Below, piece after piece: positions 12,721-26,813 of a DNA stretch of 64,000 nucleotides; the first letter of the stretch is position 1; each line of letters begins with the position of its first letter. The notes beneath the pieces were generated by a model that saw only the letters and a list, made by a program, of their open reading frames with translations, did not search any database and was not told the origin of the DNA. The DNA is taken from NCBI GenBank assembly GCA_963514005.1, contig OY740821.1, positions 12,834,001-12,898,000 on the forward strand, in the 5' to 3' direction. Position numbers and translations under genes: made by a program. The stretch is from Raja brachyura (Eukaryota).

Positions 12721-14333
12721 TCCTCCCTGATCAAAAGTACGCTCAACCAAGCTACCTCTGGCAAAAATCCGCATTTTAAAAGCTGTTCTAGCAAGTAGTT
12801 ATCCCGCCCACCTTGACTCGTTGCTCCTCCCACGAGTTCCCATCTCCCCGCCCCCCCTTTTCTCTCACCCCACTCGTCCCTTCACACCTTCCCCTTTAAA
12901 TGTCTCCATGCTTACTTCTTCTTCATTTTCCCTGAACTTGCTTTACTTGGATTCCCCATGGGATTTACTTAACTTTCCGCGTAGAGTTGAAAGCAAAATC
13001 AAAACCATACTCCTCCTCTTGCCTGATGAATTTTCTTTTCTTCTCAGTGAGATAAAACACCAAATAACAAAGTACCTTGTCAAAAAGACCGTTGGACACA
13101 TACAGTAAAATGATTGTTGATAGTAAACAAGCCAATAGTCTTGCTAGAAGTTTATGAAATTACGAGGGGTATACATAGGGTGGACAACCCTTTTCCCAGG
13201 TGGTAGTGTTAAAGACGGGGGCAATTCAATGTTCATACCGTCACCCATTCCTTCTCTCCAGAGACTAACAATGGCCCGTTTCTTTTATCATTGTAACTTT
13301 TTTGCATAGTATTCATTCATTTGTTTTATCCCTACATCATCGTTATATCTCTCGTTTCCCTTTCCCGGGGAGGGGGGGGGGGGAGAGAAATAGAAGAGAA
13401 GACACACATTTTGACAGGGTTCTCATGATGATAGTCCAAGCCCAACTTCCCCAAGCTTTGTTTCCTTCATCAGAAATCACAAGCGCATAATTGGGCTGAG
13501 TTTCAAGTTACACACTGACAAGCTATTTATCAGATAACAGCTATGAATTGTATTTGAGACAGTTCTTGCTGTTTACAAAAACATGGAAATGGTTGGTGAT
13601 ATAGTGAGGAGGGAGTGCTGGAAAAGAACACAATCTAAAGGTTTGATCTATAGTGAGCCTAATATCATCTGTCATCCCTGAACATCCCAATAGCATGTGA
13701 AGACTTTAACGTCTGATCAGAACTCGTCTGTTCAATTGCAAAGCATTATCATGTGGTTCACCACAGTGGTACAGCAAGTTTATGTGCAGCAAAACAGAGG
13801 AGCCTCCACCCAGCATCTCAAATCTACTTATTTTGCGTGGGAGGGGAATTGAGGGTTGGTGTGGAGGAAGTGATATAAATGAATAGAGTAGAGATCTTAA
13901 AACTTGAGGAAGTGTGCATCTTCCAGTAGTTGTTTTTGGTGTTTGGAGGGTATGTGGGGGGGGGGGGGGGGGGGGGGGGGGAAGATGCTGCAGCGCATGG
14001 CCTTGCCTCAAAAGTACTTACGTATTTATTATGGCTCAAGGCAAATTGATAGACATTGACTGAATATTGTACAGTTAGTAGTTTGCGAGACAGCCCCTTG
14101 CATGTCTTGTGTGCAGAGGGAAAAGATAATTGAACGATTTAAGTCAATGACAGAGGAAAGTATACAGGCAGAAAACCTCATTACCATCATTGTAGCTTCA
14201 GTTAGAATTTAAAACAGGCAGTGCCTTCCAGCAGATTAGTTTGGTTTTGCAGATCAAAAGGACCCTTCAAATGGTTATAAAATAAAGCGCAGTTTAAAAC
14301 TAGGATAGACTGAAAAACTGATCAAAAACAACT

Positions 14334-14339
14334 TTTATT
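14334..14339 (-). terminator. Probable distal polyadenylation signal (AATAAA) of the PLEKHA3-like gene
   Basis: AATAAA on the minus strand followed by GU/U-rich sequence (GTTGTTTTTGATCAGTTTTT). It ends a ~4.8-kb AT-rich UTR-like stretch after the stop at 19158. Confidence 0.45.
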
Positions 14340-14777
14340 ATATTTACAGTTCTATACAAGAGCAAATGGGCATGTACTTACAAAAGAATACAACAGTTCA
14401 TAAAAAAGCTGAGGTATATTCAAATGGATGCCACATAGAATTTTGTTTGAGTCTAGGGTGAAATACAACAAACATTGGCTTTTAGAAAACATTCTGCAAA
14501 ATACTGCAGAGTTTAAGATTGTGTCAGTTTACAGATTGTTTTGTTACAAGTGGCAATATTTCTTTCAGGACTTCCTAAAAAGGAAATATAGAAAGATGCC
14601 ATGGAACATCACAACACAGGAACAGGCCCTTCAGCCCACCTTGTCTGTGCCAAACATGTTGCCAAGTTAAACAAATTTCCTCTGTACATGATACATATTC
14701 ATCCATTCCCTGCATATCCTAGAAGTTTCTAAAATTATGAAAACTGCAGACAAAGACAATCAAAACTTTTTTTTTCC

Positions 14778-15050
14778 TCCCCAGGGTGGAAATGTCAAAT
14801 GAGAGGATGCAGCTTTAATATGAGAGGGGGAAAGTTTAAATGAGATGTGCAGGGCAAGTTCTATTTTCTACATAGTGGTGGATGTCTGGAACAGACTGGT
14901 AGTGGTGGTAATGGAAGCAGATACAAGAGTGGAATTTAAGTGTTTGTTTAGATAGATGTGGATATGCAGGGAATGGATTACATGCAGACAGTGGATTAGT
15001 TTAATTTGGCATCATGTTCAGCACAGGGTAAAGGGCCTGGACTGTTTTAC
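14778..15050 (+). mobile_element. Degenerate CR1-like LINE 3' fragment (similar fragments at ~5290-5470, ~6385-6590, ~53785-53990 on minus)
   Basis: CCCAGGGTGGAAATGTC...GGGGGAAAGTTTAA...GGAAGCAGATAC...AAGGGCCTG tail shared with other CR1 copies. Confidence 0.65.
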
Positions 15051-18000
15051 ATTCTACATGTAATATAACACCATCACAGAGAATGGAAGAACCATTTTCT
15101 TCTATTGTGTTCCCAATTACTTCATGAGTAAGCTGTTCAAACTTGCAAAAAGTGCAACTACATTTTTATTTAACAATAGTTACCTTCATTTAACTACTAT
15201 GCAGTTTCTAAAAAAGTCAACAGAAAGAATCTGGTCTGGGCATAACAAAAAAAAAGTACATTCCAACTAAAATCTCTTAAACCAGGCAGCTTGACAGACA
15301 TCTCAAAATACCTTTTTTTTGTGAGAATCCCAGATCACAGTTGCTTGTGACTCATGCTTCTAATCTGTACTTTGGCCTGCTTTCCGTTGTAATTTTCTTT
15401 ACAAAACAAACTATAGTTTATACTATCTATGTCACCATATCCTTTCGCACAGAAGGCCTCGGGAGCAATGCAATACAGTGAAACCATACAGCAAAAAACA
15501 GCCATTTGTCCTACCATATCAAGCCTCGCCAGAAGAGAGCTATTCAACCTTCTCCTGTTTCCCAGCTTTTGGTTTGTGGCTTTATGGTTTGTGGCATAAT
15601 GGTCATTCAGACTATTCCTATTCCTGACAGCGTTTTCCAGCCCCTCCCTAGCTACTGGATGCAAAAAGATACCTCAATATTCCCTCAAATCCTTCTACAA
15701 TCCATTAATGTCCCTGGTTATTAACCTCTTCCAGTTCTCAATTTTATACACAATCATACTTCACGAAAAAGAAAAAGATTTTTTTTCCCTTGAGGGAAGT
15801 TGAATAACAAAGTTTCACTCAACTAATTTGAAATTTGCATTGTGAGCCTGCACATGATAAACAGACACATTTGGGAGCATTACCTCCCTCTTATTTTTGT
15901 GCAATTTTAATTTAACAGTCTCCTAAGAATGCATTAAACTTTCAGTGTGTGCTTGAAAGAAGACTTTCAGCACCTCCAAATAGGTCTGGAACTGAAAGTG
16001 TATTTGTTTAACTCAATTGGAATCAAGAAAATAGATGTTCCAAATCCTTAGCCAGCATTTGATTTATTTTTTGAAATGTTTGAAACAAATTATGGAGTGG
16101 TTTGCATCCTTCTATTACTTGAAGACAATTTAGAAAGAAGGATGTGGTGGTGCGAATATTGGTAAACTTTAGCGTAGAGTGCAAAAATCAAGTTCAGTTA
16201 TGCAATCAGCCATTATCTTATGAAACTTGTCCTTTTTAGAGCAACCACAAGGTCTCCTGGTCCTATTTTAATTGTTCTGAAGATCAAACATAGGTTAAAG
16301 CTTAATACTTCAAAGATACATTACACATAGGTAGTAACAATTCTATCAATGGGGAATCAATTTAACCCATACTATTTTAACTGATTTGGAAAAGAATAAC
16401 AGTTTAAATAGTGCAGTGGCAGTCTTAGATGAACTAGTGCTCTTCCCCATCCCATCTGTTTATTTCAATGCCAATTTCATTTGCTACGGGATCGAAGGGG
16501 ACACTGCAACTCTAAAGATGGTTATAAATTGATATTTTGCATGCAAGAGATAAAAACGACATCATGATGATAGCTAGCTCTATTTGTGCTTGACCAGCCC
16601 CAACAGAGCAATGAAGATAAACAGATATTTGGCAGTCATGATACCGGAACTGTTCCACTGGAACAGAGAAGGCCAAGGCTTTTTAAAAAATATATAAATT
16701 GTGCACTTTTTTCCTTTCAGAATCTTATTTCAATATTATGCCACAGAACCATCTTCAAAATGGCTAGAGATATATAATTCAGGCTTTGCAATTCGAATTG
16801 TTAATTTTCCAGAGTCTCACCTCCATATTTTGCACTCTACTTTCTCAATCTTCACATGCTCAGTCTGAACAGGAGTGATACAAAGCATTCAGACTTGACA
16901 AGGGACAAATGCATACATTAAAAATGTACATAGCATTTTCAAAATGCAAAACAAGAACACGCAAAATACTTCAGACTGAACCATTTTCATACGTTGTTTT
17001 AATTATCATTGTCACCATAACTGTACATGTCCATATTCAATTAATATTCCTATGATAACAAAGTCAGACCAACTATAGCAACAAAAGAAAAATACATTGA
17101 TATCCATCCCTTTTTACCTCATGGAGAATGTAGGCAGTTAAATTGACTTGCAAGTAAAGGTTAAAGTACCAATAATTCAGGGAGAATGATGAATGAGACA
17201 TAGTTACCCGAGCAAAAGACGTGGGCAACCCAAATGCCAATAAAGTAACATTAAATAGAAACCTGAAAAAAAAAAACAAGTTTGCTGGGCCTTATACTGT
17301 TTTTAACATCTGCATTGGGCAATATGGATTCCATTTTAGAATTAAAAAAAATGTTTTCATAAAAATAAATAGTGTACAATTTATCAACACAAATTACTCC
17401 TACTATTTCCAGCTAAAAACCAATGTTGGCGTGAATGAACAGTTTTTATATTAATATTTTCAGGGCAGCATTCAGTTTCGCAGAAGCTGGTTTCAACTGG
17501 AATAAAGAAGTATTCTAAAACAATGACTGGAATCACTTCTGGAGGAATAAACCATTCTGTCTCCTTAACTGGACAAAAAGTAAACTCAAATAAATTAGTG
17601 TCAATTTGAAACCTTTTATTACTCTTTGCTGTACCGTTATCAAAATTAATATATATATTTTTTTAAACTCAGATTAAATTTGCCCTTTCAGAAAGGCAGT
17701 ACGTCTGATACAGTCAGAGGCTCTGATTTTGGAGCTGAGGTACATATGTTAACAACCAGCTTAAGCTAGTCAGGGCTGTTTGATGGAGATAGTCTCTATA
17801 GAACCATGTAATCTGGGCCATTATTTGGTGACATGGTGCGATACTTGTTCTGAACTCAGCAATTCAGATTTAACGGCAGTGCCTATTGTAAACAATCAGA
17901 ATCAGTGTTTTTTAATCTGAGCAATTGTACTGTCAGTGGCAAGCGAAACAACTTGAAATACAATTGCTGGGGAGGGGGTCGGGGGAGGTAGTAGGGAGGG

Positions 18001-19157
18001 TGGTTAATTGGAAGAGAAGATTACCAGTCCAAATTGTAAATGTGAGGCAGGTGGGGGGGAGGGGGGAGAAGAGATGCATTTTTGGGAAGCAGGCCATAAT
18101 TGCAATTTTCCAAAATGCAAAGCTATTTCATCTCGATGCATCAAGAAATGAGTTTGAAAAAAGTATTCATGTATTTACTATCTCTCTCTCTCCACCCCTC
18201 CCTTAAATTTCATGAGAATCAATCTCATCACCCCTTTCACATTTTTGAGCAATGTTTTGCAAATTCTGCCAGGGTAAATTTCCATAATACAGACATTATA
18301 TGGGTGTTGCCTATATACTCAATCCTAAAAACATCTAAACCTGCAGTTCAAAATGTTTCCTGCAATCCACTCTTTTATTTGGCCATTATTTTAAGTTACC
18401 ATTGTTTGATGTTTAAATCATGGGTACCACTATTAAACATTTACTAGAAGAAAATGGAGGTGTGGGGATGAAGTGCAGTAGCTTGCCCTGCACATTAGAC
18501 AAAAAGCACCAGAATTTTATAAAGCCTGGAAGTAAAATATGTCAAATCACAGTAAACGCATGGACGGCAATGAACACACACTTCATTGTGTGCCTAAAAA
18601 AGACAAAGTGCTGGAGTAATTCAGCAGGTCAGGCAGCATCTCAGAAGAACATGGATATGACCCTTCTTCAGACTCAGATACGAGCCTGAAGGATCCAGAC
18701 GTAAAACATAACCTATCCGTGTTCTCCAAAGATGCTGCCTGACCCGTTGTGTTTCTCCAGAACCTTGTGTCTTTTTGAAAACGAGCATCTGCAATTCCTT
18801 GTTTTTTCATTTTGTGTCCACCCTTGAATAGGCAACCTCTTCTGTCCCAATAAATGTCTACTAAACCAGTATTTAGGTTTCATACATATACATCTGCACA
18901 ATGCCTGGGCAACAAAAGGGTTAAAATATTAACCCATGTTTGGCAACGTACTTTGGCAACTAGCTAGTAGATATGAAAGTCAGACGTTTGCTCTTTATCA
19001 CTTCGAACAAATGTCTCTGGAAACTTCAACATTAATATTAGCAAGTTATTACTTTTTCTCCATTTCCTTGTTTAGGTTAAACCCACATCACAACTGGTTC
19101 CTTCTGTGTTGCTCAACAGGTTACAAAGTGGTGGAGGAGTTAGTGTTTCCTGCAACA

Positions 19158-19219
19158 TTATTCACCATTGGCTCTACTTGTAGATTTATCCTCGGCATTT
19201 TGGGACGGATGCGGCGAAT
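19158..19219 (-). CDS. PLEKHA3-like last coding exon
   Basis: CTAACTTCACAG acceptor with branch-like CTAAC; phase 1 matches the previous exon. Encodes (N)SPHPSQNAEDKSTSRANGE*, followed by an AT-rich UTR. Confidence 0.6.
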
Positions 19220-19379
19220 CTGTGAAGTTAGAAACCAGATTACTTGAAAAAAAATCTGCTGATATAGGTATGGATGGCACCCAAATGTGTTTTTAAATTA
19301 TTCAAGCTATAGTTTCTCTCCCCAGTGCACCCCAAAACAAAAGCCAGATCACTAATATAGATCTAGAAGATATGCAGGG

Positions 19380-21200
19380 AGTGTTCCCATGTACCTGCTG
19401 CCCTCGTCTTTCCTGTTGGTAGAAGTCACAAGTTTGAGAGAGCCCAGCCGAGTGACTGCAACACATTTTTCAGATGGTATGCATTGCAGCTACTGTACAT
19501 CAGTAGTGCAAGGAATTAATGTTTCAGTAGTTGATAGGGTGCCAATTAAAAAACAGTTGAGCTTTGAGTTTTTGGAAGTTGTCACCCAGACAAGTCACGA
19601 GTACTTCATCACACTCCTGACGTGTTTTGTTGCTGTGGAAAGGGATGGTAAGAGGGGAGTCACTAACTGCCACAAAAACCCAGTCTCTAACCTGCTTATA
19701 ACCATGCCGTTTCTGTGGTTGACCCAATAGAGTTTCTGATCCATAGTGAACCCCCCCCCCCCCCCCCCACCCAAGATGTTGATGGTGGAGGACACAGCAA
19801 TGGTAATGCTATTGAATATCAAGTGTAGATAGTTAGAGACTCATTGGAGACTATCATTGATTGACACTCATAGTATGAATGTTACTTGGCACTTTATGTA
19901 CAGCTGAATATTGTCCACATTTAACTGCATACAGGCATGGACTGCTTCATTTGCCGGGCTTGAATTAGAATTGAACATAGTGTAATCAGCAGGGAATAAT
20001 CCTGCTTCTGACCTTCGAATGAAACAAAGGCTATTGATGAAGCAGCTGAAGATGTTGGGCCCCAAGAAACTACCCTTAGGAACACCTATAATGTCTTTGG
20101 GTTGGTATGATTGATTTCAATTAACCACAAACATCTTATGTGCAAGGCATGACACCAACAATTGAGTTTTACCATTGCTCCTCGATGCGCCACAATTATT
20201 TCCTCAACATCAAGAGAGGTACTGATGATGCCTCTGAAATTTAGCTTTGGTTCACATTTAAACCAGTGCCATGAAGAATTCTGGACCCAAGTGGTGCTGG
20301 CAAAACTAAAACATGGTATCAGTGAGCAGGTTATTGGCGAGTTTGCCAAGTAGGAACATTTACATGTCATGCCTTGCCATTATTGAAGATGGAGATATGC
20401 CAAACCACGAGGCTGCAGAACATGGTGTACATTTCAGCTGCTGCCGAGTCCTTAATATCTCATGGATGCGCAGTTTTGAGTACCAGATCAGTCCAGAGTC
20501 AATCCAATTTGATTTGTTTGTGGTGCTGCACAAGATGGTGGGTGTGTTCTTTGTGTGAAGACAAGCACATGTAGCCTTCACATTGATTTACCCACTACTT
20601 TCCACTGACCCAAACAGACAGCTATATCATTCAGTATTTGGCCAGCTTGATCAGTACTGGTACAGCCAAAATCTCTTGCTGTTGGACAGTGAAGTCCATT
20701 ATTATTGTATTTTTGACTATTGTATATTTATTTGTGGTGTTATTGTGTTAATGGGCCTGTAAAGCTGCAGCAAGTATTCTTCTGTTCCCAATGCATATGA
20801 CAAATACTCTCAACTCCTCACCCAGAATACATGTTATTCCCTTGCTACTTTCAGTGATCTTTCAAGTATAGTTCAACAGATGAGCATCGATTCATCAGCT
20901 GAGGGACAATGGTAGGTGATAAACAGAAGGATTTTTTTCTTGCTCCCAAGGATTACTCTTTCCTTCCAGTACATCACTATCTGCGATGGCGATGTTGTCC
21001 TTCTTTGGGACAAGACATCTCCAGGGATTGTGTTGGAGGAATGTAGCGCATTGTCTGTAAGACACAATTCTGTGAGCATGACCAGGTCAGGCTGTTGCTC
21101 AACTAGTCAGTCTGTGGAATGGGTCTCCCAATGGGCACCAGCCCCAATGTATTAGTGCAGAGATGTTGCAAGGTCAGCTTGGCTGGGAACAATGTTTGCC
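19380..21200 (-). mobile_element. Old L2/CR1-superfamily LINE relic with RT remnant
   Basis: GPNIFSCFINSL...GLFPADYTMF...MQLNVDNIQL is a degenerate RT 'GPxxFxxFINDL...FADD...QxDLDNI'. The same family's 3' part occurs at ~11490-11790, ~23190-23540 and ~51760-52310. Confidence 0.7.
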
Positions 21201-22621
21201 ACGTCCAAATTAAGTTCCGAACTCGTAGCTAGGTGGCCTATCTAGTTTTATTCTCTTGGAAATGTCACAACTGATTAGGGTGCATGGTTGCTTCCTAGGG
21301 CTTTGAGATAACAACGTGGTTAAGTACTTGAGACATTGTCCAGAACTGGTGTGGTTCACAAATTCCTACCCTGAAAAGGTCATCACTGAACCAGATGGGA
21401 CTTCACAAACAAAAATCCAGTCACTTTTGTAGTATTATTACCAAATGCCATTGTGCTGCCACCACCACATTTGTTTGTGCAATTAGGTCAGTGTTCTGGT
21501 CGAGGTACTGAGAGAGTAAGAAAGATAAACGTTCCTTTCAGCAACAGCATTAAGATATTTATAACAATAGAAAATGTAGACTTGTGCAGGAAAGAACATG
21601 GGGAAATGCAAAGCACTGTTAAACAGAAAATGCTTACTCATTATTCAACTCAGCATTCTGGAGTGTATTTGGACAGGCTGCTCACAAATCCATTTGCATG
21701 TGATGTTGCTCATCAGAAAGCATGCCGGTCAAAATTTGCACCTGCCATGAGCAAACCAAGGGATTTGCAGGACAAAAAAGTATCCTTTATAGGAAAAGGA
21801 CAAAACATTGCAACTTGCTCCTAGATGCAACATCTCAGGTTTAACAGTGTACAGCTGGAGGGAGTTTCATTACGGGGCTTCATCACACTTGCAGCACCAC
21901 GTAGAGTTTTGGTCTCTATAGCTGGAGGAGAATATACTTACCTTGAAGTACAGTGTAGATTGTCCAGATCAATTCCAGTGGTTGTCTTACAAAAGGAGAG
22001 AATGGAGGTGAATAGACCTCATCAGACCTTGAGGAGAGGTGACGTCACTCAACATGCAAGATCAAAAGTGTCACTTTCCTCAGGCTGAAGATTCCAGAAT
22101 GGGGCAGTGTCTCACAATAAAGGATCGCCCGTTTTTGGCTGAGGAAGAAGAGTAATAGCTCCACTTTGAGAGAAGAAAATCCCAAAATACACCACCCTTT
22201 AAGGGCTGTGTATCATTCAGTATACACTATTCAAGACTGAGATGGAAACATTTTTGGGCACCCAGGGAGCAGCGAAATGCGGATGAAGCAGGAAACTAGG
22301 TTTGATATAGATTAAGCATGATATTGAATGGCAGAGCAGGCACAAGGAGCCACATAACCCATTCTTATTGTTGCTTCAAATGCACTCAGGCAGATTAAAA
22401 AAATGTTGACTCCAATTGTGGAGCAATTGTGGAATTGCGCTGTAACCAGTCATATTTAAAATTTAGCAAATGTTATGGAGTATAAAGTTTGTAAAATGCT
22501 TCTTGCAGACAATCTTTCTTGTGTTTCTATCACTGAACCAAAGACAAAATAATCAGAGACTTTTGTTTGCGGCAAGCAGTGTTCTGCTGGCTGAAGATAC
22601 ATTTAGTGCAAAAGTTCTTAC

Positions 22622-22776
22622 TTGCTGGCTGCGCCGTGTTACTACTTTCTGGTGTCTTGATTTCCACAGGGGGTCTCGTCCACTTGCTGGCTCGATAAGC
22701 AGCCATTTCCTCCAGATTTCTCATTACTGTAATGGAACCTTTCTGAGGCTGAGCCAGGTTGTTCACTTCTGCACTC
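22622..22776 (-). CDS. PLEKHA3-like exon 7
   Basis: GCTGCAG acceptor and A|GTAAGA donor; 155 nt, phase 2 to 1. Open frame (R)SAEVNNLAQPQKGSITVMRNLEEMAAYRASKWTRPPVEIKTPESSNTAQPA. Poorly conserved, supported mainly by phase. Confidence 0.6.
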
Positions 22777-23893
22777 CTGCAGCCAAACAGTTAAGAATCA
22801 ACAAGGCAGACACAAAACTACACATCCAAGTCTGCAATACAAGGTTAAGTAGTGGCAATGCACATTCATAATTTATAGCTGTTCGGTTTGCTTCTTCACA
22901 ATAGTTTGAGATGGATAACTCTACAGCCAGCGATTTGGAAATTACCCATTGTGCTTTAATTCAGTGTTACTTTGGTGAAGCAGAACATGGGCACTGCTGG
23001 CAAGGTTAGATTATATTCCCATCCCTAACTGATTTTAAGATTGCCGCAGCTGCTAGCCTAAACATAGAACAGTACTGGAACAGGCTCTTGGGCCCATAAA
23101 ACATAATGTCAAGATAAACTAATCTCATCTGCCTGCACATGATCCCATTCTCGGCATATCCATGTGCCTTTCCAAAAGCCTCAAATACCTTGAACTCTTG
23201 CAATCCTTCTGGTGAAGTAAGCAGAATAGTGCTCTTGTGGAGGGAGTTTCAGGAGTTAGTTAGATCCAGCAATGATGTAACCACGATATTGCCAAATCAA
23301 AGACAGCTTCTAATGTTCCTCCATCTGTATATTTCTAGGTCATAGAAGTTGTAGGTTTGGAGGTGTTGCTGAAGAAGCTTCCGTGAGTAAGTGCAGTGCA
23401 TTTTGTGGATGGCCATGATGTGCCAGTGAATTAATGTTTAGGGTGGTGGATGAGGTACCAATCAAGTGGCCTGCTTGGTCCTGGACAAAAATCAAGCTTT
23501 TATTGTTGTAGCAATTTTAATCCAGGCAAGTGGAAATTGGTGTCTGCATCATCACAACAATGCCAACATTTAGTACTATGAATTAGGTATTCGCTTATAT
23601 TGCGCCTTTTCTCAGAAACATCTTCCAAATATTTTCTTCAAATAATCATCAATGTTATGCAGGCAAATGCAGCAGCTAATTTGCGCTTAGCAAATATACA
23701 CTAAAGTTGATAAATCACCAGTTAATATGGTAATGGTTCAGGAAGGAATATTGGTTCAGAACATTTTAGTCACGGAGGAAAAAAAATAGAAAACAAACCT
23801 CTTTTGTTTCTCATGGCATTTTTGATTCACGAACCATTTATCACAGGAGTAACAACACATTCGAAATAGATCACAAGCAGACAGGACACCTAC

Positions 23894-23937
23894 CTGTCGA
23901 GTGCAACAACACCACTGTGGCTTATTGAACGCTTCAC
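23894..23937 (-). CDS. PLEKHA3-like exon 6
   Basis: 44 nt. Encodes VKRSISHSGVVALD(R), similar to PLEKHA3 MKRSVSHPGSCSSER. AG/GTAGGT. Confidence 0.85.
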
Positions 23938-24539
23938 CTGTTTATTTAAAACAAAGGAAAAATAAACAGAAGTTAACATCTCCAATCCTGAAAGCAAGAC
24001 TCTTCGACTAAATTGAAAATTTACAAGACCCCAGTCCAAAATTCTGTAGCTGAATCAACCCACATAGGTCTTGTGGTAGTGCAGCTGATTTTTGTGTTAA
24101 AATCGAGCGGTAACACTGGGATAACTATGCATGAGAGAAATCTACTTTTCCCCAATTCAGCATCTGTTACGCCCTCACCTGGAACAAACCCGATTGTCTC
24201 ATTTAACTAAGATACAACCTATGGTTCTGATGCCATAAATAGATATTGTCCCGATTGCTTCCTTTATCCCTCTCCCAAATAAATTACCAGAGCTCAGTGA
24301 GGAACCAATCAAACATCAGTCCCATGACATATTGCATTATTGCATCAGGTCTACATGCCACAAAGTAAGAGCAGTGGGCTGTATCCAAGTGAGATGCCCA
24401 GAGCAAGGTTTTTGTCCACGAAGAGAAAAGTAAAAAAATAAAGCCCATTACATGACAATAATTCCTCAACCCAGAAACCTGCAAGCAAGGGATGGAAATA
24501 CCTTTATAATAAAAGTGAAAATATTTTATGTCCGCTTAC

Positions 24540-24698
24540 CCTGCGAAGAGGTGTAGAGGTGACATGAGCAGCAGGGGATTCAGGGGGTGAAAGCAGCTCT
24601 GGGGATATCCTCACACTTGCTATTTTCATACAGTCCTCTAGGGTAGTTATAAAAGTATTGCACGTGGCTTTAAGCAAAGAAGAAGCCTCGTTCATTTT
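24540..24698 (-). CDS. PLEKHA3-like exon 5
   Basis: 159 nt. Encodes [59 protein letters not shown] acceptor, GTAAGC donor. Confidence 0.9.
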
Positions 24699-25706
24699 CT
24701 GAAAGAAAACAATACATTTGTGCAAAAACCGACAGTGTTGGACACAGAACAAAGCACTTATCTCTTCTGACGTCACCTTGAACACCTTTATTATTCGAGG
24801 TAGACTACAAAAGCATGGTAGAAATGTATTAAACACGAATTAGGCCACAGTTTAAACACAATATACACTACTTGTCACTATGTTGCAGAAGAGATGTGAT
24901 AGGACTAGAGAGTTCAAGGGAATGTGTGTTGCTGGAGATGTTCAGTTGCTGCAATAAATGTGAATAAGAAGCCACTCTGACATATTTGATCGTGTATGTA
25001 TCAATGTGTCCACATGCCAGTCAAAGAAGCACCTTAAATAAACCAGATTCTTTAGTTTTGCTTTTCCCTGGATATTACTCTGCATGTTAATTCACTACAA
25101 AGTAGAAACCTCATTTACCTCTCTCAACTGAGCCCTACTTGGATTGTGAACAATATCTGTTCCCTGCGTTCAGGGTAAGTTGCATTTTTACAAAGCTAGA
25201 TACGTCATACCTACGCGCACAAATAAACAACTATCCTGAACAATGAGTCGTCGGGGGGGGGGGGGGGGGGGGGGGGATAAAGCCAAGGTCTCTGCTTAGA
25301 TTATTTTGGTTAATTCAATAACTAAACTGTCTTGAACATTTACGAATGCAGGTTTGCAAAATTCAATTAATCCCCAAGATCAGTCAAAATTCACTGAATG
25401 TAGGGAGGGATGTCTCCGTACCATCACCTCCTCCCCCAGCAATCCATTCCCACCTTCATCACAGCAATGAGGACAACTGTGGCAAGCCCCACCTATAATC
25501 CCAAACCACAGTACATATTGCAAATGGGACTTTGAATATTCTGTGTTTACCGAGCCATCAGTGGGTGGTGACAGGACTGGATTTTGTGACAGCTTATATA
25601 AATCTTATGATAGTTTCCCTTCCATCTGTTGCACAATATTTCCAAATCGATGTCTCTCTAGCTACATGATCACGGAAGGCTTACAGGAAGAATTCTGGTA
25701 CAATAC

Positions 25707-25843
25707 CTCAACATCTGGAGTGGATCCAATCTCGACCGGTTGTGCGGATTCCTGGATCTTATGGACCTGCTGCATCAGTAGGTCACAGTACAGACGAAGC
25801 TCGGACATTTTGAATTTCAATGAATCCTCGTTTTCACTGATTT
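25707..25843 (-). CDS. PLEKHA3-like exon 4
   Basis: 137 nt. Encodes [46 protein letters not shown], containing the FAPP motif [12 protein letters not shown]. Confidence 0.92.
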
Positions 25844-25934
25844 CTGCAGCGATTTAAAAAACTTAAATGTTACATTCTTTTCAACAATTTAAAAAAATGA
25901 ATTACCGTCAAATACAACAAATTTAGTATAATTT

Positions 25935-26222
25935 AAAGATACAGTATGGAAACAGGCCTTTCGGTCCACTGAATCCAATGCGACCATTGATCACCCGTTC
26001 ACACTAGTTCTATGTTATCCCACTATCTCATCCACTCCTGACACACCAGGGGCAATTTTAGAGGCCAATTAACCTAGAAACCACATATCTTTGGGATCTG
26101 GGAAGAAACCCAAGCAGTCACAGGGAGAATGTACAAACTCCACACAGACAGCACCAGAGAGGATCAAACCTGGATCTCTGGTGCTCTGAAGCAGCAGCTC
26201 TACCAGCTGTGCCACCGTGCTG
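25935..26222 (-). mobile_element. HE1-like V-SINE
   Basis: Same head, V-domain and tail as 47300-47620. Confidence 0.8.
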
Positions 26223-26519
26223 TCCATACACACCTATTGTTTTTAGACATCTTTAAATTACATTTCATTTGCAAGACTCATGGCTCTGAAACAGTAAAAA
26301 ATAGACACAAAGTGCTGGAGTAACTCAGCGGGTCAGGCGCATCTCTGAAGAAAAAGGATGGGTGACGTTTCGGGTCAGGATCTTCCTTTAGACTCAGGCA
26401 GCATGGAACAGAATTGAAACAGCAGGATCAATCAATTGGTCTCCAATGAGCTGTGCAAGTCATACAGCCTGTTCCCTATCATGTGGAGACTTGCATTAAT
26501 ATGGGATCTTCACAGTTTC

Positions 26520-26740
26520 CACAGGACAGCCCAGCTTGTAGAGCTGCTGCCTTAGCTCCCCAGACCCAGGTTCTACCTTGACATTCAGGGCCGTCTGAAA
26601 AATCGGTACATTCTGCCTGCTACCATGGATTTCACCCCACATCACAAAGTCGTGCAAATCGGTAGGTTCATCAGCTGCATATGGCGTATGAGAGTGTAGT
26701 AGTGGGAGAATATGGCAAGTGTGTCGGAGGCACAAATTAA
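26520..26740 (+). mobile_element. Degenerate HE1-like V-SINE
   Basis: GTAGAGCTGCTGCCTTAGCTCCCCAGACCCAGGTTC...CCCCACATCACAAAG...GTAGGTTCAT. Confidence 0.65.
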
Positions 26741-26813
26741 TTCTTGGTGGTCAACTCAAATGAAAAAGCCTTAAAAAAGGCAACTACTCATGAAAGATTT
26801 ATTAAATTAGTAC

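Noticed and set aside
12208-12798. 196-aa plus-strand ORF and overlapping ORFs at the TARBP2 5' end
   Set aside because: Low-complexity Arg/Ala/Gly-rich by-products of a CpG island; no recognisable domain or splice structure.
14340-22600. GLTP-domain exons that would make the PH gene PLEKHA8/FAPP2
   Set aside because: Searched by eye for GLTP motifs (e.g. VFAPVKMD, ATEALLWLKRGL, HHGWVV); none seen.
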